Virus record (IMG/VR): IMGVR_UViG_3300009180_000041
Location: 984 to 64,983 of that record
Source: a virus
Taxonomy: Duplodnaviria; Caudoviricetes
DNA: 64,000 nt
Direction: 5' to 3' (one strand)
Shown here: in pieces, positions 37,951 to 49,210 of the stretch
Position numbering within the stretch: position 1 is the first letter of the stretch
Layout of the letters: the number at the start of each line of letters is the position of its first letter
The notes under the pieces: generated by a model
Database searches by the model: none
The model's input: only the letters and a program-made list of their open reading frames with translations
Told to the model about the DNA's origin: nothing
Translations under genes and position numbers: made by a program

Positions 37951-38981
37951 TGGCAACAATAGAAGAATTAATAGCATTACAAGGTAAACAAATCAATGTA
38001 GCTAAACCATTAAATCCAGTAAGGAAACAGTATACTCAAAATACTAATAATTCTCAAAATACTTTATTAGAATCTGTGGACAAATTAACTCAACAAATGA
38101 ATAATTTAAATTCAGGAGTTAAAAGTAGTTCTTTTGATTTAAATAAAGCTTTTAGTTTAGCAGCATGGGTAAGTCAAGTTGTAATAGATATTACAAAAGC
38201 TAGATTAGCTGAAGAATTAGGAGTAACAACATCTACAGACAATCAATCAAATCAAGCTGGTACAACAAATAGTACACCTCTTACATCTAAAATTTTAAAA
38301 TCAACTAATGCTGTTATATTAAATATTATTACTTTACAACAACAAATTGATAGTCAAATTTTAAGTCTTGAAAAACAAGTTGATAGTATTTTAAGAAAAA
38401 TAAATACTAATACTACTGTTAAATTAGGTGATGGAACTATAGTTCAAGTTCCTATTGCTAACCAACAAACAATAGCAGCATTAAAAAATGTAGAATCTAT
38501 AGTTAAATCTTTATTAGATAAAACAAATAAAGTAACTACTAGACTAAGTAATGACAAACCTATTACTAATTTTGATGATTTTGTAAATAATTTAAGTTTA
38601 AAACAAGTAGTAGAATTTAGTCAATTAGTAATTTCAGCTTTATTATTAATAAAAAACATTCAAAAGAAAAGAAAAGAAGCACAAGCATTAGTAATATTAG
38701 CAGAATTATCAATACCTAGTTCAGTTTATATAACTACAGGTCAAGCATTAGCTGAATTATTAACTAAAAGTGAAAGTTTTCAAAACCAAATAAATGATTT
38801 AAATAAAGCATATGAACAAATAGTTATTTTAAAAGATAATATTACTTACTTTGGTAAAATAAATCAAAGCCAACAACAAAGTTTAAATAATATTATTAAT
38901 AAAGTTGATACTTTTATTAATCAACAGCAAAATAATACCGCATTACAAGATTTAAAAACTAAATTAACACCCCCTTTATAA
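37950..38981 (+). CDS. helical hypothetical virion-cluster protein
   Basis: Long coupled ORF. Confidence 0.7.
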   Translation: MATIEELIALQGKQINVAKPLNPVRKQYTQNTNNSQNTLLESVDKLTQQMNNLNSGVKSSSFDLNKAFSLAAWVSQVVIDITKARLAEELGVTTSTDNQSNQAGTTNSTPLTSKILKSTNAVILNIITLQQQIDSQILSLEKQVDSILRKINTNTTVKLGDGTIVQVPIANQQTIAALKNVESIVKSLLDKTNKVTTRLSNDKPITNFDDFVNNLSLKQVVEFSQLVISALLLIKNIQKKRKEAQALVILAELSIPSSVYITTGQALAELLTKSESFQNQINDLNKAYEQIVILKDNITYFGKINQSQQQSLNNIINKVDTFINQQQNNTALQDLKTKLTPPL

Positions 38982-38998
38982 TTTAATATTTATATTAT

Positions 38999-39427
38999 AT
39001 GAATAAAACTGAATTTATACAAATTATTCGTGAAGTTGTGAAAAAAGAAATTCGCTCTGCTATTAGAGAAGAATTACAACGACAGCCTTTACAAGAAGTA
39101 AAAAAACCACTTAATAATGTGTTAGAAAATATTCCTAAAACTAAAAAACTTGTATCTACAGGTAATATTTTAGAAGATTTAATAAATGAAACTGCTCAAA
39201 GTGATTGGCGCTCAGTAGGAAACTTTACATCAGCTGATGCATCCAATTTTCAATCTATAAATAATCAATCTTTTGAAATGGATTTGGGAAAAACAAAACC
39301 ATCTTCAGTAGAATCAATGTTAAATAATGCTCCTAAAGTAGCATCACCAGAAATGATTCAATCAGTAGCAGAAGTTCCTGATTTTACAGCGATGATGTCA
39401 ACAATGAAAAATAAAGGATTATTATAA
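38999..39427 (+). CDS. late hypothetical protein
   Basis: IIREVVKKEIRSAIREEL and LINETA, with a late motif upstream. Confidence 0.75.
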   Translation: MNKTEFIQIIREVVKKEIRSAIREELQRQPLQEVKKPLNNVLENIPKTKKLVSTGNILEDLINETAQSDWRSVGNFTSADASNFQSINNQSFEMDLGKTKPSSVESMLNNAPKVASPEMIQSVAEVPDFTAMMSTMKNKGLL

Positions 39428-39837
39428 TGTCAGTTAGAAATATTTATACATATGCTGATGTAACTAGTAATACTACTATAAAACGAGAAATTGGAATAGG
39501 TGTTCAATTTACTGAAAATGGTGTTTTCACTTCAACTTATACTACATTATCTCAAGTTAAAAATCAACTTATAAATTATATTCTAACTAATCCTGGTGAA
39601 TCTTTATTTAATCCTTCATTTGGAAGTGGAATAAGACAATTATTATTTGAACCCAATGTTAATTTAGACAATATTGAGTATTCTTTAAAAGAAGGTATTC
39701 AAGCATATGTTCAAAATATCATAGTAAATAGTGTCACCGCTACTTCTGATAATAATATTGTTTATATAAATGTAAATTATAGTATAAATAATCAACAAGA
39801 TGAATTAAATATAGCTTTAACAACTAATGTAATATAA
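39427..39837 (+). CDS. baseplate wedge subunit, gp25/GpW-like
   Basis: QVKNQLINYILTNPGE..FNPSFGSGIRQLLFE. Confidence 0.88.
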   Translation: MSVRNIYTYADVTSNTTIKREIGIGVQFTENGVFTSTYTTLSQVKNQLINYILTNPGESLFNPSFGSGIRQLLFEPNVNLDNIEYSLKEGIQAYVQNIIVNSVTATSDNNIVYINVNYSINNQQDELNIALTTNVI

Positions 39838-41702
39838 TGAGTATACAATATTTAAATAAAGATTTTAATCAATTAAAACAAGCTTTAACTGATTACATAA
39901 AAAACAACTATAATAATTATAGTGATTTTGGTCCCTCTTCACCAGGTAATATGTTTAGTGATTTGGCTGCTTATGTAGGTGATGTACTTAGTTTTTATAC
40001 TGATACTCAAGTTCAAGAAACTTTATTATTAGAAGCTAAAGAAACAAAAAATATACTTCCTATAGCTTATAGTTTAGGATACAATCCTGTTATAGCTAAA
40101 TCATCAACTGTAGTATTAGATGTTTATCAACTAGTACCATCAGATGCTTCTAATAATTTCTTACCTGATTATAGATATACTACTAGAATACCAGAACAAA
40201 GTCAAGTACAAAGTACTTCTCAACCTAATGTTTTATTCTTAACAGAAAATCTAGTTGATTTTGCTTACTCAGGTTCAAATGATCCAACTGATGTAAGTAT
40301 TTATAGTTACTACTCAGGAACTAATAATCCTGAATTTTATGTACTTAAAAAACAAGTACAAGCATACTCAGGTCAAGTAAAAACACAAAATTTTAGTTTT
40401 ACTAATATTCAACAATTTAGTAAAGTTACTTTAAATGATACTAATATTGTTAAAATTTTAAATGTTACTGACAGTGATGAAAATACTTGGTATCAAGTTC
40501 CTTATTTAGCTCAAGATACTATTATAGATAAAACATATAATATCCCTGTTTATGAACCTAATTACTACTATTATAGAGATCAAGCTCCATATATGTTAAG
40601 GCTTAAAAAAGTTCAAAAACGTTTTACAGCTCAATTTGTAGATAATACTAATTTAGAAATTAGTTTTGGAGCTGGAACAACAGGACAAGCTGATGAGTTA
40701 ATTATACCAAATCCATATAATGTAGGTATTGGATTACAAGATGGTATTAGTAAATTTAATACAGCGTTTGATCCAGCTAATTTCTTTTTTACAAACGAAT
40801 ATGGTCAATCACCTGTAAATACAACTTTAACTTTCACTTATTTAACTGGTTATGGAGCTCAAAGTAATGTTCCTGCTAATGATATTAATATTAATTCTTT
40901 AGTAAATCCTCAAATAGACAGTTATGGTTTAAATTCATCTGTTGTTCAAACTATTTTAAATTCAATTAGATTTAATAATAATGTTGGATCTACAGGAGGA
41001 GGACCTGGTGATACAATTGAAGAAATTAGATTAAATGCTTTAGCTAATTTTCCTACTCAATTAAGAAACGTAACTCAAGCTGATTATTTAGTTAGAACAT
41101 TAAGTATGCCTAGTGAATTTGGAACAATTACTAAAGCTTATGTTATTCAAGATCTTAATTTAAATGCTGATAGAGATAGAACATCTGTATTTAATTCAAA
41201 TCCTTTAGGTTTAAGTGTTTATGTTTTAACTACTGATATAAATGGTAAATTAACTCAAACAAATCAAGCAGTGAAACAAAATCTTAAAACATATTTAAGT
41301 CAATTTAAAATGTTAACAGATGCTGTTAGTATTAAAGACGCTTATTATATTAATATAGGTATTAATTTTGAAATACAAGTACTACAAGGATTTAATGCTC
41401 AACAAGTATTAACAGGAGCCATCAGTAGTTTAAAATCATTTTTTGACACACAAAAATGGTCAATTAATCAACCTATTATTTTATCTCAAGTTGAAAATAT
41501 TATATCAGCTGCTAATGTAAATGGAGTAGCCGCTGTTAAAAAACTTGAATTTGTAAATAAATCTGGAGGTACTTATAGTCCATATTCTTATGATTTAACT
41601 GGAGCTAATTTAAATGGAATTCTTTATCCTAGTTTAGATCCTATGATTTTTGAAATAAGATATCCTGATCAAGATATATTAGGACGAGTTGTTAGTATTT
41701 AA
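39837..41702 (+). CDS. baseplate wedge protein, gp6/GpJ-like
   Basis: YLNKDFNQLKQAL, AAYVGDVLSFY, GGGPGDTIEEIR..A...QLRNVTQADY. Confidence 0.9.
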   Translation: MSIQYLNKDFNQLKQALTDYIKNNYNNYSDFGPSSPGNMFSDLAAYVGDVLSFYTDTQVQETLLLEAKETKNILPIAYSLGYNPVIAKSSTVVLDVYQLVPSDASNNFLPDYRYTTRIPEQSQVQSTSQPNVLFLTENLVDFAYSGSNDPTDVSIYSYYSGTNNPEFYVLKKQVQAYSGQVKTQNFSFTNIQQFSKVTLNDTNIVKILNVTDSDENTWYQVPYLAQDTIIDKTYNIPVYEPNYYYYRDQAPYMLRLKKVQKRFTAQFVDNTNLEISFGAGTTGQADELIIPNPYNVGIGLQDGISKFNTAFDPANFFFTNEYGQSPVNTTLTFTYLTGYGAQSNVPANDININSLVNPQIDSYGLNSSVVQTILNSIRFNNNVGSTGGGPGDTIEEIRLNALANFPTQLRNVTQADYLVRTLSMPSEFGTITKAYVIQDLNLNADRDRTSVFNSNPLGLSVYVLTTDINGKLTQTNQAVKQNLKTYLSQFKMLTDAVSIKDAYYINIGINFEIQVLQGFNAQQVLTGAISSLKSFFDTQKWSINQPIILSQVENIISAANVNGVAAVKKLEFVNKSGGTYSPYSYDLTGANLNGILYPSLDPMIFEIRYPDQDILGRVVSI

Positions 41703-41715
41703 TATTTATTAACAC

Positions 41716-42954
41716 ATGGCATTCTATCAACTGTTTCCTTCTAAAGACGCTACATTATATCAAGAATATCCAGCTACTAACACTGGAATTGACGAAATAC
41801 TAGAACTTTCTAAAACATCACAATACAATCCTTCTAGAATTGTAGTAGCTTTTGATCAACAACAAATAGAAAATGTAGTTAATAATAAAATTATTCCTAC
41901 AATTACTTCAGGTTCATGGAATGCTTATTTAAGAATGTATTGTAGTGAAGTAGATTCATTACCTACTCAATTAGATATTAACATAGATCCGGTAGGAAAC
42001 GCGTGGGATATGGGAACTGGAAGACTAGCCAATAGTCCTACCACAGTTGATGGAGTTAGTTGGTCTTTCCCAACAACTCTCACAAGTTGGTCTATTAGTG
42101 GATCATATGGTATTACAGGATCTTATTCAAGTTCAGTTAGTGGAGGTGGTTCATGGTACGAAAATTATACTACAACTCAATCAATTTCAACATATACCCC
42201 ATTTGATATATTTGCTAATATAACAGATCAAGTATTATTACATTATTATAATTTTATTCCTAATTATGGTCATATACTACATGTAGATTCAACTACAGAA
42301 AACAATCCTGCTTACCAATATCATTTAAGTTATTTTAGTAGAGACACAAATACTATTTATCCTCCAAGTTTAATATTTTATTGGAATGATCAAACATGGA
42401 ATTTAACTTCTGAAAGTTACAGTAGAATTCTTTCTAATCAAGATTTTACAGCTACTTTAGGAAACAACAGAAATGAATTTCAATCAAATGAAAAAGTACA
42501 ATTAAGAGTATATGCTAGAGAAAGATATCCAGCTAGAACATTTACTACTCAATCATTGTATGCTTACAATAAAATTTTACCTTATAATTCTTGGTATCAA
42601 ATTGTTGATGTAGATACTAATGATATTATTGTTCCTTTTAATAGTACAGGTACTAGACTAAGTGCTGATAATACAAGTAATTTCTTTAATTTAGATATGG
42701 ATACACTTGAACCTAATAGATACTACCAAATTCAAGTTAGAACATATTTAAGTGGTAATTTTTATACATTAACTGATAATTTAAATTTTAAAGTTACTCA
42801 AAATTCTGGTCCAACAAGTGATATATTAAATCCAATACTTTTACCTACACCAGATGCACCTCCAGGTCCTACACCTATACCTACAGGTTCAGTTGTGTAC
42901 CCATATGTAGATGCGGGATGGGTTGAAACTTGTTATATTTCTGAAACTCCTTAA
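41716..42954 (+). CDS. virion structural protein (baseplate cluster)
   Basis: KDATLY...NTGIDEILE, FSRDTNTIYPP and context. Confidence 0.75.
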   Translation: MAFYQLFPSKDATLYQEYPATNTGIDEILELSKTSQYNPSRIVVAFDQQQIENVVNNKIIPTITSGSWNAYLRMYCSEVDSLPTQLDINIDPVGNAWDMGTGRLANSPTTVDGVSWSFPTTLTSWSISGSYGITGSYSSSVSGGGSWYENYTTTQSISTYTPFDIFANITDQVLLHYYNFIPNYGHILHVDSTTENNPAYQYHLSYFSRDTNTIYPPSLIFYWNDQTWNLTSESYSRILSNQDFTATLGNNRNEFQSNEKVQLRVYARERYPARTFTTQSLYAYNKILPYNSWYQIVDVDTNDIIVPFNSTGTRLSADNTSNFFNLDMDTLEPNRYYQIQVRTYLSGNFYTLTDNLNFKVTQNSGPTSDILNPILLPTPDAPPGPTPIPTGSVVYPYVDAGWVETCYISETP

Positions 42955-42956
42955 TT

Positions 42957-43280
42957 ATGGCTCAAGTAAACGTTTCAACACAAAAATTAATATACAGCAA
43001 TAATATAAATAAGGTTGTAAATACAACTTTAACAAATTATATTCCTCCTATAAATACAACACCTGCTCCTCCAGTTGTTGATGTTCCTCAATTTTTTGAA
43101 AATTATGATAATTTATTTTATAGTATTCCTAAAACTGGAACTAATAGTCATGAAACACTTATAACAAAAAGTAGTGAATATATTGGACTTAATTTACAAC
43201 AATTATTATTACAGTTACAAGAATTACAAATTCAAAATGAATTATTACAAAAACAAATAGATACTTTTAATAATCAATAA
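42957..43280 (+). CDS. small virion-cluster protein
   Basis: FFENYDNLFYSIPKTG..SH plus a coiled coil. Confidence 0.7.
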   Translation: MAQVNVSTQKLIYSNNINKVVNTTLTNYIPPINTTPAPPVVDVPQFFENYDNLFYSIPKTGTNSHETLITKSSEYIGLNLQQLLLQLQELQIQNELLQKQIDTFNNQ

Positions 43281-46200
43281 TGGCAGTTTCAATAAATCCA
43301 ATAAATTTAAATCCAAGTATTTTAGATACTCAAGATCAAAATCTTGTAGCATCAAAAGAATTAACCAGATATTTTGGTCTACCACAAGATTATATTCAAT
43401 TGTATGTTTATAATAACAATGATGTTTTATTAAATTCAATTCCTAATTTTCAAAAATATTCTATTACTGATAATAAAGTAGTAAATTTTGATCCTGAATT
43501 AGATATTCAAGATTTAGGTTATAGTATTGGTACATTTAATATGTACTATAATTTTTTAAGACCAATTGTCACTATTAATTCTGATCTTGATTTATTTATT
43601 CAAAATATTTCTCAAGACAGAACAGAAGTAAAAATAGCAACTACTTTAGAGTCAAATGATGTAGTTTACAGTAATGCTATAAATTATATTGATACAATAA
43701 ATACAAGAGATTATTTTGTTGAATTTTATTTAGATTTAGGTCAAAATATTTTAATACCAGCTTCAACATTTTCAGTAGAAAAAGATGTTTTAGGTAATAT
43801 AAATATTTTAGTTAAATTAATAAATCCATTACCCACCAATATTACTGTTAAATCTCCTTTAAATATTGTTGAAAAAATAGTAGATACACAAGGTTATAAT
43901 GCTTTTTTAACCCAAACCCCAACAACTGTTGTTTTACCATCTTTAAGACAAGCTAATTTTAGTTTAAATGTAGATGATCAAAGAATTGGTTCAAGTGATT
44001 ATTATAATTTTAATCAATTAACTGCTTTAACAGGTTCTAATAATCCTCAATTACAAAATTTATTAGGTTTTATTAGTAGTTCAAATCCAACTATTAATGT
44101 TGATTATACTGATTATAGTAATTTTACTCATTTTGGATCACAAACTCAAAAACTAAGTACATTTAAAACTAAAATACAAAAATTAGAATTATATAATAAT
44201 TATTTACCATCATCAAGTTTAGATAATATAGTTTATCAAAATAAAATAAATGAAATTATTGAAGGATTTGATGGATATGAAACTTACTTGTATTTTGAAT
44301 CTACAAGTTTTGCTTGGCCTAAATCTAATACTCAACCTCCTTTTAACTTATATTCTTCAACTTCATCTCAAGCAATAAACTGGTATAATCTTAATTACAC
44401 ATCAGCTAGTTATTATGATGAATTTAACAATAATAATTTAGTTTATGGTTTACCAATTTATTTACAAGAAAGAGATGATTTTGAATATGTAAAACCATTT
44501 ATTCATTCTATGGGTCAAATGTTTGATGACATTTGGATTTACATAAGAGCTATTACTGATATTTGGAAAGCAAAAAACAGTTTAATGGATGGTATTTCTA
44601 AAGATTTAGTAGGAGATGCTTTACAGTCTTTAGGTATTAGTCTTTATACTGATGGTGATCAAGATGATTTAGCTACTTATCTTTATGGTGTAAATCAAAG
44701 TGGAAGTTATACATTTATGTCTCAACCTTGGCAAACTGCTATAACTGCTTCTAATCCTACTTTATCTGGACAAGATGAAGCTAAATCAGTATTTAAAAGA
44801 ATATATGCTAATTTACCAACATTACTTAAATCAAAAGGCACAACCAAATTTGTAAATTATTTAACTACTCTTTATGGTATTCCTGATACAGTATTAGTAC
44901 CTTTAGAATTTGGTGGTGTTGATAAAGACTCAAATACAATTGAATACAGTTATCCTAAATTTACATATGCTTTAAGTAGTAGTAAAACAACATATACTCA
45001 ATTAAGTTTACCTGATTCAACAAAACAACAAATTCAAACATTAGAATTTAGATTTAAACCTTATCCTAGTGCGTCTTTATATGCTACTCAATCTTTATTT
45101 AGTAATTTCGCTACAGGTTCTTCTAAAAGACCTAATAGTATAATTACATTAAATGGAAAACAAAGTGGAAGTTATCAATATGGAACATTAAATTTTTATT
45201 CAAATGATTCTGGGTTGGCTTTATATAATACTCCTTTACAAGTAACTTTACCATTTTATGTAACTGGTTCTGATGGAGACTATAATTGGTGGAATGTAGT
45301 TTTAGAAAGAAACTCTACTACTACTAGACTTTATGTAAAATCTGAATTAAGTGGTGAAATAGGACATCAATCTTCTTCATTTACTTCAACTCCATCTAGT
45401 AGTAGATTTATTGAAACTGGAAGTAATACTTACTTAGGAACAATTCCTCCAAATATTACAGCGTCTTTAATTAATGCTCCTTTCTATAATTTTGGAACTG
45501 GTGAATACTATGGTCAATTTCAAGAATTAAAAGCATACAATAACTTTATATCAGAGTCTGTAATTAATACTCATACATTAAATCCAGAATCATATGTAGG
45601 AAATAATTCAAATTCAGCTTATAATGATTTATTATTTAGATTTCCTTTAGGAAATGATTTACAAATAAGCGGAAGTAGAATTACAGGTTCACAACCAACT
45701 TTAAGATCAGATATTACTTTAAATCTTACTGGTTCTAATTATATTTCTTTTACAGAAATGTATCACAGTCAACCAGCTATTGGGGGATACTCTGTTCCTG
45801 TTACTAATAAAATTAGAATAGTTAGTGAAAGTTTAGCTTCAAATATTCTTCAATTTAATAAATCTGTAGTTTATCCTTCTACTAGTTCTAGAACATTTGA
45901 TGTTCAAACTGCTCAAGCAGGATTTAGTCCACAAGATCAAATTAATAATGATATCATAGCTCACTTAGGTAATACTTATAATTTAGATAATATTATAGGA
46001 GATCCTTTAACTCTTACAGATTCTAGTTATGAAGCTTTAAGTAGATTACAAGAAAATTATTTTACTAAATACAATACCACTTACAATTATAAAGATTTTT
46101 TAATATTAATGGAGACTTTTCATAAGTCTTTATTTAGATATTTGAATGATTTCACCCCAGCTAGAACAGACATGTCTAGTGGTGTGATAATTAAACCTCA

Positions 46201-48529
46201 TATTCTTGAAAGAAATAAAGTAGCCAGACATGAACCTAATGTTAGTACAAGTTCTGTGTATTTTGGTGAAACTGAAGTTGTAACTATTGAAGGATCTAAT
46301 CCTGGAGACTATTGTTGTTCAAGAAATTCTCCATTAAATGAAGCTTTTTACACAGGAAATATAAGTGGTTCTACTATAAATTTAGACAGTGCTTATGAAC
46401 AATTAAATCCATTTACATCAACTACAGAATGTTATGAATATACAATTCAGTATGATGGACTACTTACTTGGTTAGATTGTAATAATATACAACAAGCATC
46501 TGGTTCTAGTGGATTAAATCAAATTCAAATTGTAGCTTTAAAAGATCAAATAGGTCATACTTTTGGAACAGGATACACAATAGTAAATTCTAATTCTTAT
46601 TATGGAACACGATTTGTTCAACAATATGGAGGATACGATGCTTTAAATAATAATGTTGATAAAGCTATAATTAGTCAATTTAAATTTAAAAAACTTAATA
46701 CTCAAGTAGAACCAGATACAAGATGTACTTGTGTAAGATATGATGTAAATAGTTTAGATGTAAGTAATGCTCATTATTTATCATATGTAGATTGTGGTGG
46801 TAACATACAAATAATACTTATTCCTAATGCTCTTTCAGGCGGTAGAAATATACTTATAGATGCATGTGAAGGAAGTTTATACTCATTTGATGGTCCTGGA
46901 TTTTTATCATGGTTATTTGTTGAATTTATATTCCAGCCATCAACTATAAATGTTTTAAAAAGCGGAAGTGTTGAATTTCAAGATAGTTTATTAACTGAAA
47001 CTAGTTGGGATAGAAGTAGAGTAGAAGGTGTAAAACTTATAGCTCCTGGTTTTAATCAATTTATTAATAATTATCCTTCTTTGTCTTTTAGTAATGTAGA
47101 AATAACTACACCATACATGTTATTTTATGATTGGGCTAGTAATACTTTACCTGAAAGACAAAATACTAATAATTTTCATATTAGATATTTAATTGATGAA
47201 ACTGGAAAAATATATTCACCTGAACCAACTGGGTCAGAGTACTACGATATTGTAGATCAAGGATTTGGAGCATATGATGAAGTAAATTATACATTATATA
47301 ATGCTACTTATTACCAACAATCTTCTAAATCAGCTACAGTACATAGACCTTTAAGAACCTATTCAACAATACTTTACTCAGATACAGGATCTTGGAATAT
47401 TCAAAATTCAAATAAATTAGCCCCAGGATATTTTTCACCTATTAATTTTCAAACTCCAGATGATTTTAAACTTACAGAAGTAGCATTTACTAGTAGTTTA
47501 AGTGGTGATATAAGTAAAGGATATGATAATAATCCATTCACTGTTAATTTTAATAATATTCAAAAACAACTAAATGGAATCTGGAATCCTACTACTAACA
47601 CATATACAATAACTGAAACACCAACAAACCAAGTAAACATTTCAGCAACTATAGATGGTTATTTTACAGTTCAAGTAAATACAGCTGGAGGTTCAAATAA
47701 TGTAGATATAACATATAAACTATGTTTAAAAAGAGGTCCAAAAATTTCTATTCTTTCAACTTACACAACTACTAATTCAGTATCTGCTCCAACAATTCCT
47801 TTAACTACTTATAATAGATCATTAAATGGTACTGTATCAGCTAATAATCAAAACTTATATGCAGGTGATGAAATATATATAACTGCTGATTTTGCTGGAT
47901 TAGGAAGTGGTTTTACAGGACAATATAATGGTTTTATATCTGATGATAATACAATTATAAAATTACAAAGTAATACTACTTTAAATACCGCTATTTCTAC
48001 TGTATATACTCCATATTGGTATCCTACTTCTAGTGCTAATGTACAAATAAAAGGAGACATAAATAATCCTCAAGCTTCTGATTTTGAAGTTAGATCTTAT
48101 ATAATTACAGGTTCATTAAACTTTCAAAATATGTACCAAAATTATCAACAAAATCCAAATATCCCTGGTACAACTCTAAACAGTGGATTTAGTGATCCAT
48201 TATTATTTACTATTCAACCAAATGATGAATTTAGATTTAATGGGGATGAAAGTAAAATATACACAGTAATTACAGCATCTATTAGTATGGTAGATAATGG
48301 ATCAGGATACTTAGGAAGTTTATGGGTTCAATTAGATAAAAATCCAAGTTTAGTAGATACAAACTATTTTGTTATAAGGCGATTAACAGATGATCCTGGA
48401 TTTATAATGATTAATACTAAAGATTCCCAAGGTCCAGGATTTATATTACCTAAATATCCTTCTTCAACATTAAAGAAAAATTTTTCAAACATAGTTCAAG
48501 ATTTAGCATCGAAAAACTTATTAATATAA
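43280..48529 (+). CDS. large virion/baseplate structural protein (1749 aa)
   Basis: GQMFDDIW, NLPTLLKSKGT (tail P2-I/gp7-like), a LamG-like segment and GVIIKPHILERNK. Confidence 0.8.
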   Translation: MAVSINPINLNPSILDTQDQNLVASKELTRYFGLPQDYIQLYVYNNNDVLLNSIPNFQKYSITDNKVVNFDPELDIQDLGYSIGTFNMYYNFLRPIVTINSDLDLFIQNISQDRTEVKIATTLESNDVVYSNAINYIDTINTRDYFVEFYLDLGQNILIPASTFSVEKDVLGNINILVKLINPLPTNITVKSPLNIVEKIVDTQGYNAFLTQTPTTVVLPSLRQANFSLNVDDQRIGSSDYYNFNQLTALTGSNNPQLQNLLGFISSSNPTINVDYTDYSNFTHFGSQTQKLSTFKTKIQKLELYNNYLPSSSLDNIVYQNKINEIIEGFDGYETYLYFESTSFAWPKSNTQPPFNLYSSTSSQAINWYNLNYTSASYYDEFNNNNLVYGLPIYLQERDDFEYVKPFIHSMGQMFDDIWIYIRAITDIWKAKNSLMDGISKDLVGDALQSLGISLYTDGDQDDLATYLYGVNQSGSYTFMSQPWQTAITASNPTLSGQDEAKSVFKRIYANLPTLLKSKGTTKFVNYLTTLYGIPDTVLVPLEFGGVDKDSNTIEYSYPKFTYALSSSKTTYTQLSLPDSTKQQIQTLEFRFKPYPSASLYATQSLFSNFATGSSKRPNSIITLNGKQSGSYQYGTLNFYSNDSGLALYNTPLQVTLPFYVTGSDGDYNWWNVVLERNSTTTRLYVKSELSGEIGHQSSSFTSTPSSSRFIETGSNTYLGTIPPNITASLINAPFYNFGTGEYYGQFQELKAYNNFISESVINTHTLNPESYVGNNSNSAYNDLLFRFPLGNDLQISGSRITGSQPTLRSDITLNLTGSNYISFTEMYHSQPAIGGYSVPVTNKIRIVSESLASNILQFNKSVVYPSTSSRTFDVQTAQAGFSPQDQINNDIIAHLGNTYNLDNIIGDPLTLTDSSYEALSRLQENYFTKYNTTYNYKDFLILMETFHKSLFRYLNDFTPARTDMSSGVIIKPHILERNKVARHEPNVSTSSVYFGETEVVTIEGSNPGDYCCSRNSPLNEAFYTGNISGSTINLDSAYEQLNPFTSTTECYEYTIQYDGLLTWLDCNNIQQASGSSGLNQIQIVALKDQIGHTFGTGYTIVNSNSYYGTRFVQQYGGYDALNNNVDKAIISQFKFKKLNTQVEPDTRCTCVRYDVNSLDVSNAHYLSYVDCGGNIQIILIPNALSGGRNILIDACEGSLYSFDGPGFLSWLFVEFIFQPSTINVLKSGSVEFQDSLLTETSWDRSRVEGVKLIAPGFNQFINNYPSLSFSNVEITTPYMLFYDWASNTLPERQNTNNFHIRYLIDETGKIYSPEPTGSEYYDIVDQGFGAYDEVNYTLYNATYYQQSSKSATVHRPLRTYSTILYSDTGSWNIQNSNKLAPGYFSPINFQTPDDFKLTEVAFTSSLSGDISKGYDNNPFTVNFNNIQKQLNGIWNPTTNTYTITETPTNQVNISATIDGYFTVQVNTAGGSNNVDITYKLCLKRGPKISILSTYTTTNSVSAPTIPLTTYNRSLNGTVSANNQNLYAGDEIYITADFAGLGSGFTGQYNGFISDDNTIIKLQSNTTLNTAISTVYTPYWYPTSSANVQIKGDINNPQASDFEVRSYIITGSLNFQNMYQNYQQNPNIPGTTLNSGFSDPLLFTIQPNDEFRFNGDESKIYTVITASISMVDNGSGYLGSLWVQLDKNPSLVDTNYFVIRRLTDDPGFIMINTKDSQGPGFILPKYPSSTLKKNFSNIVQDLASKNLLI

Positions 48530-48544
48530 TATTTATCATAAATT

Positions 48545-49210
48545 ATGGCATATTTAAATAACGAATTTGTTACTATAGACGCTGTTCTAACCCGTAAAGG
48601 TAGAGAATTATTAGCACGAAACGACGGTTCTTTTAGAATTACTCAATTTGCATTAGCCGATGATGAAATTGATTATACACTTTATAATCCAAACCATCCA
48701 TCAGGATCAGCTTTTTACGGTGAAGCAATTGAGCGTTTACCTTTATTAGAAGCTTTTGTAGATGATACTCAAGATCTTAAATATCAATTAGTAACTTTAC
48801 CAAGAGGTACTTCAAGACTACCAGTGTTAAATGTTGGTGGTAGAGCTAGTTTTAGTGTACAACAAGGAGCTACAGTGACTTTACAACCTACAACATTAAA
48901 TTATTTAGGAACTATTGAAACTGTTGAACCTTTAGGTTATTTAATTACTATTTCTAATCAAAATTTACAATCATCTTTTACAGGTACAGGAATTGATACA
49001 ACAGCTTTACCAAGTACAACAGCAGTTCCAACTACATCAGGAGCTCCTTTAAGTGTTACTCAAATTGGTACAGCATTCACTATCACTGCTACTAGTGTAA
49101 ATGATATTTTTCCAGCTGGTGTTACTCAAGTTACAACAACTATTAATATTTTAGGTAGAAATTCAGGTGCTAGAATTAGTATTCCATACACAGTTAAGAA
49201 AAAACAATAA
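48545..49210 (+). CDS. virion structural protein
   Basis: IDAVLTRKGRELLA....FRITQFALADDEIDY. Confidence 0.8.
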   Translation: MAYLNNEFVTIDAVLTRKGRELLARNDGSFRITQFALADDEIDYTLYNPNHPSGSAFYGEAIERLPLLEAFVDDTQDLKYQLVTLPRGTSRLPVLNVGGRASFSVQQGATVTLQPTTLNYLGTIETVEPLGYLITISNQNLQSSFTGTGIDTTALPSTTAVPTTSGAPLSVTQIGTAFTITATSVNDIFPAGVTQVTTTINILGRNSGARISIPYTVKKKQ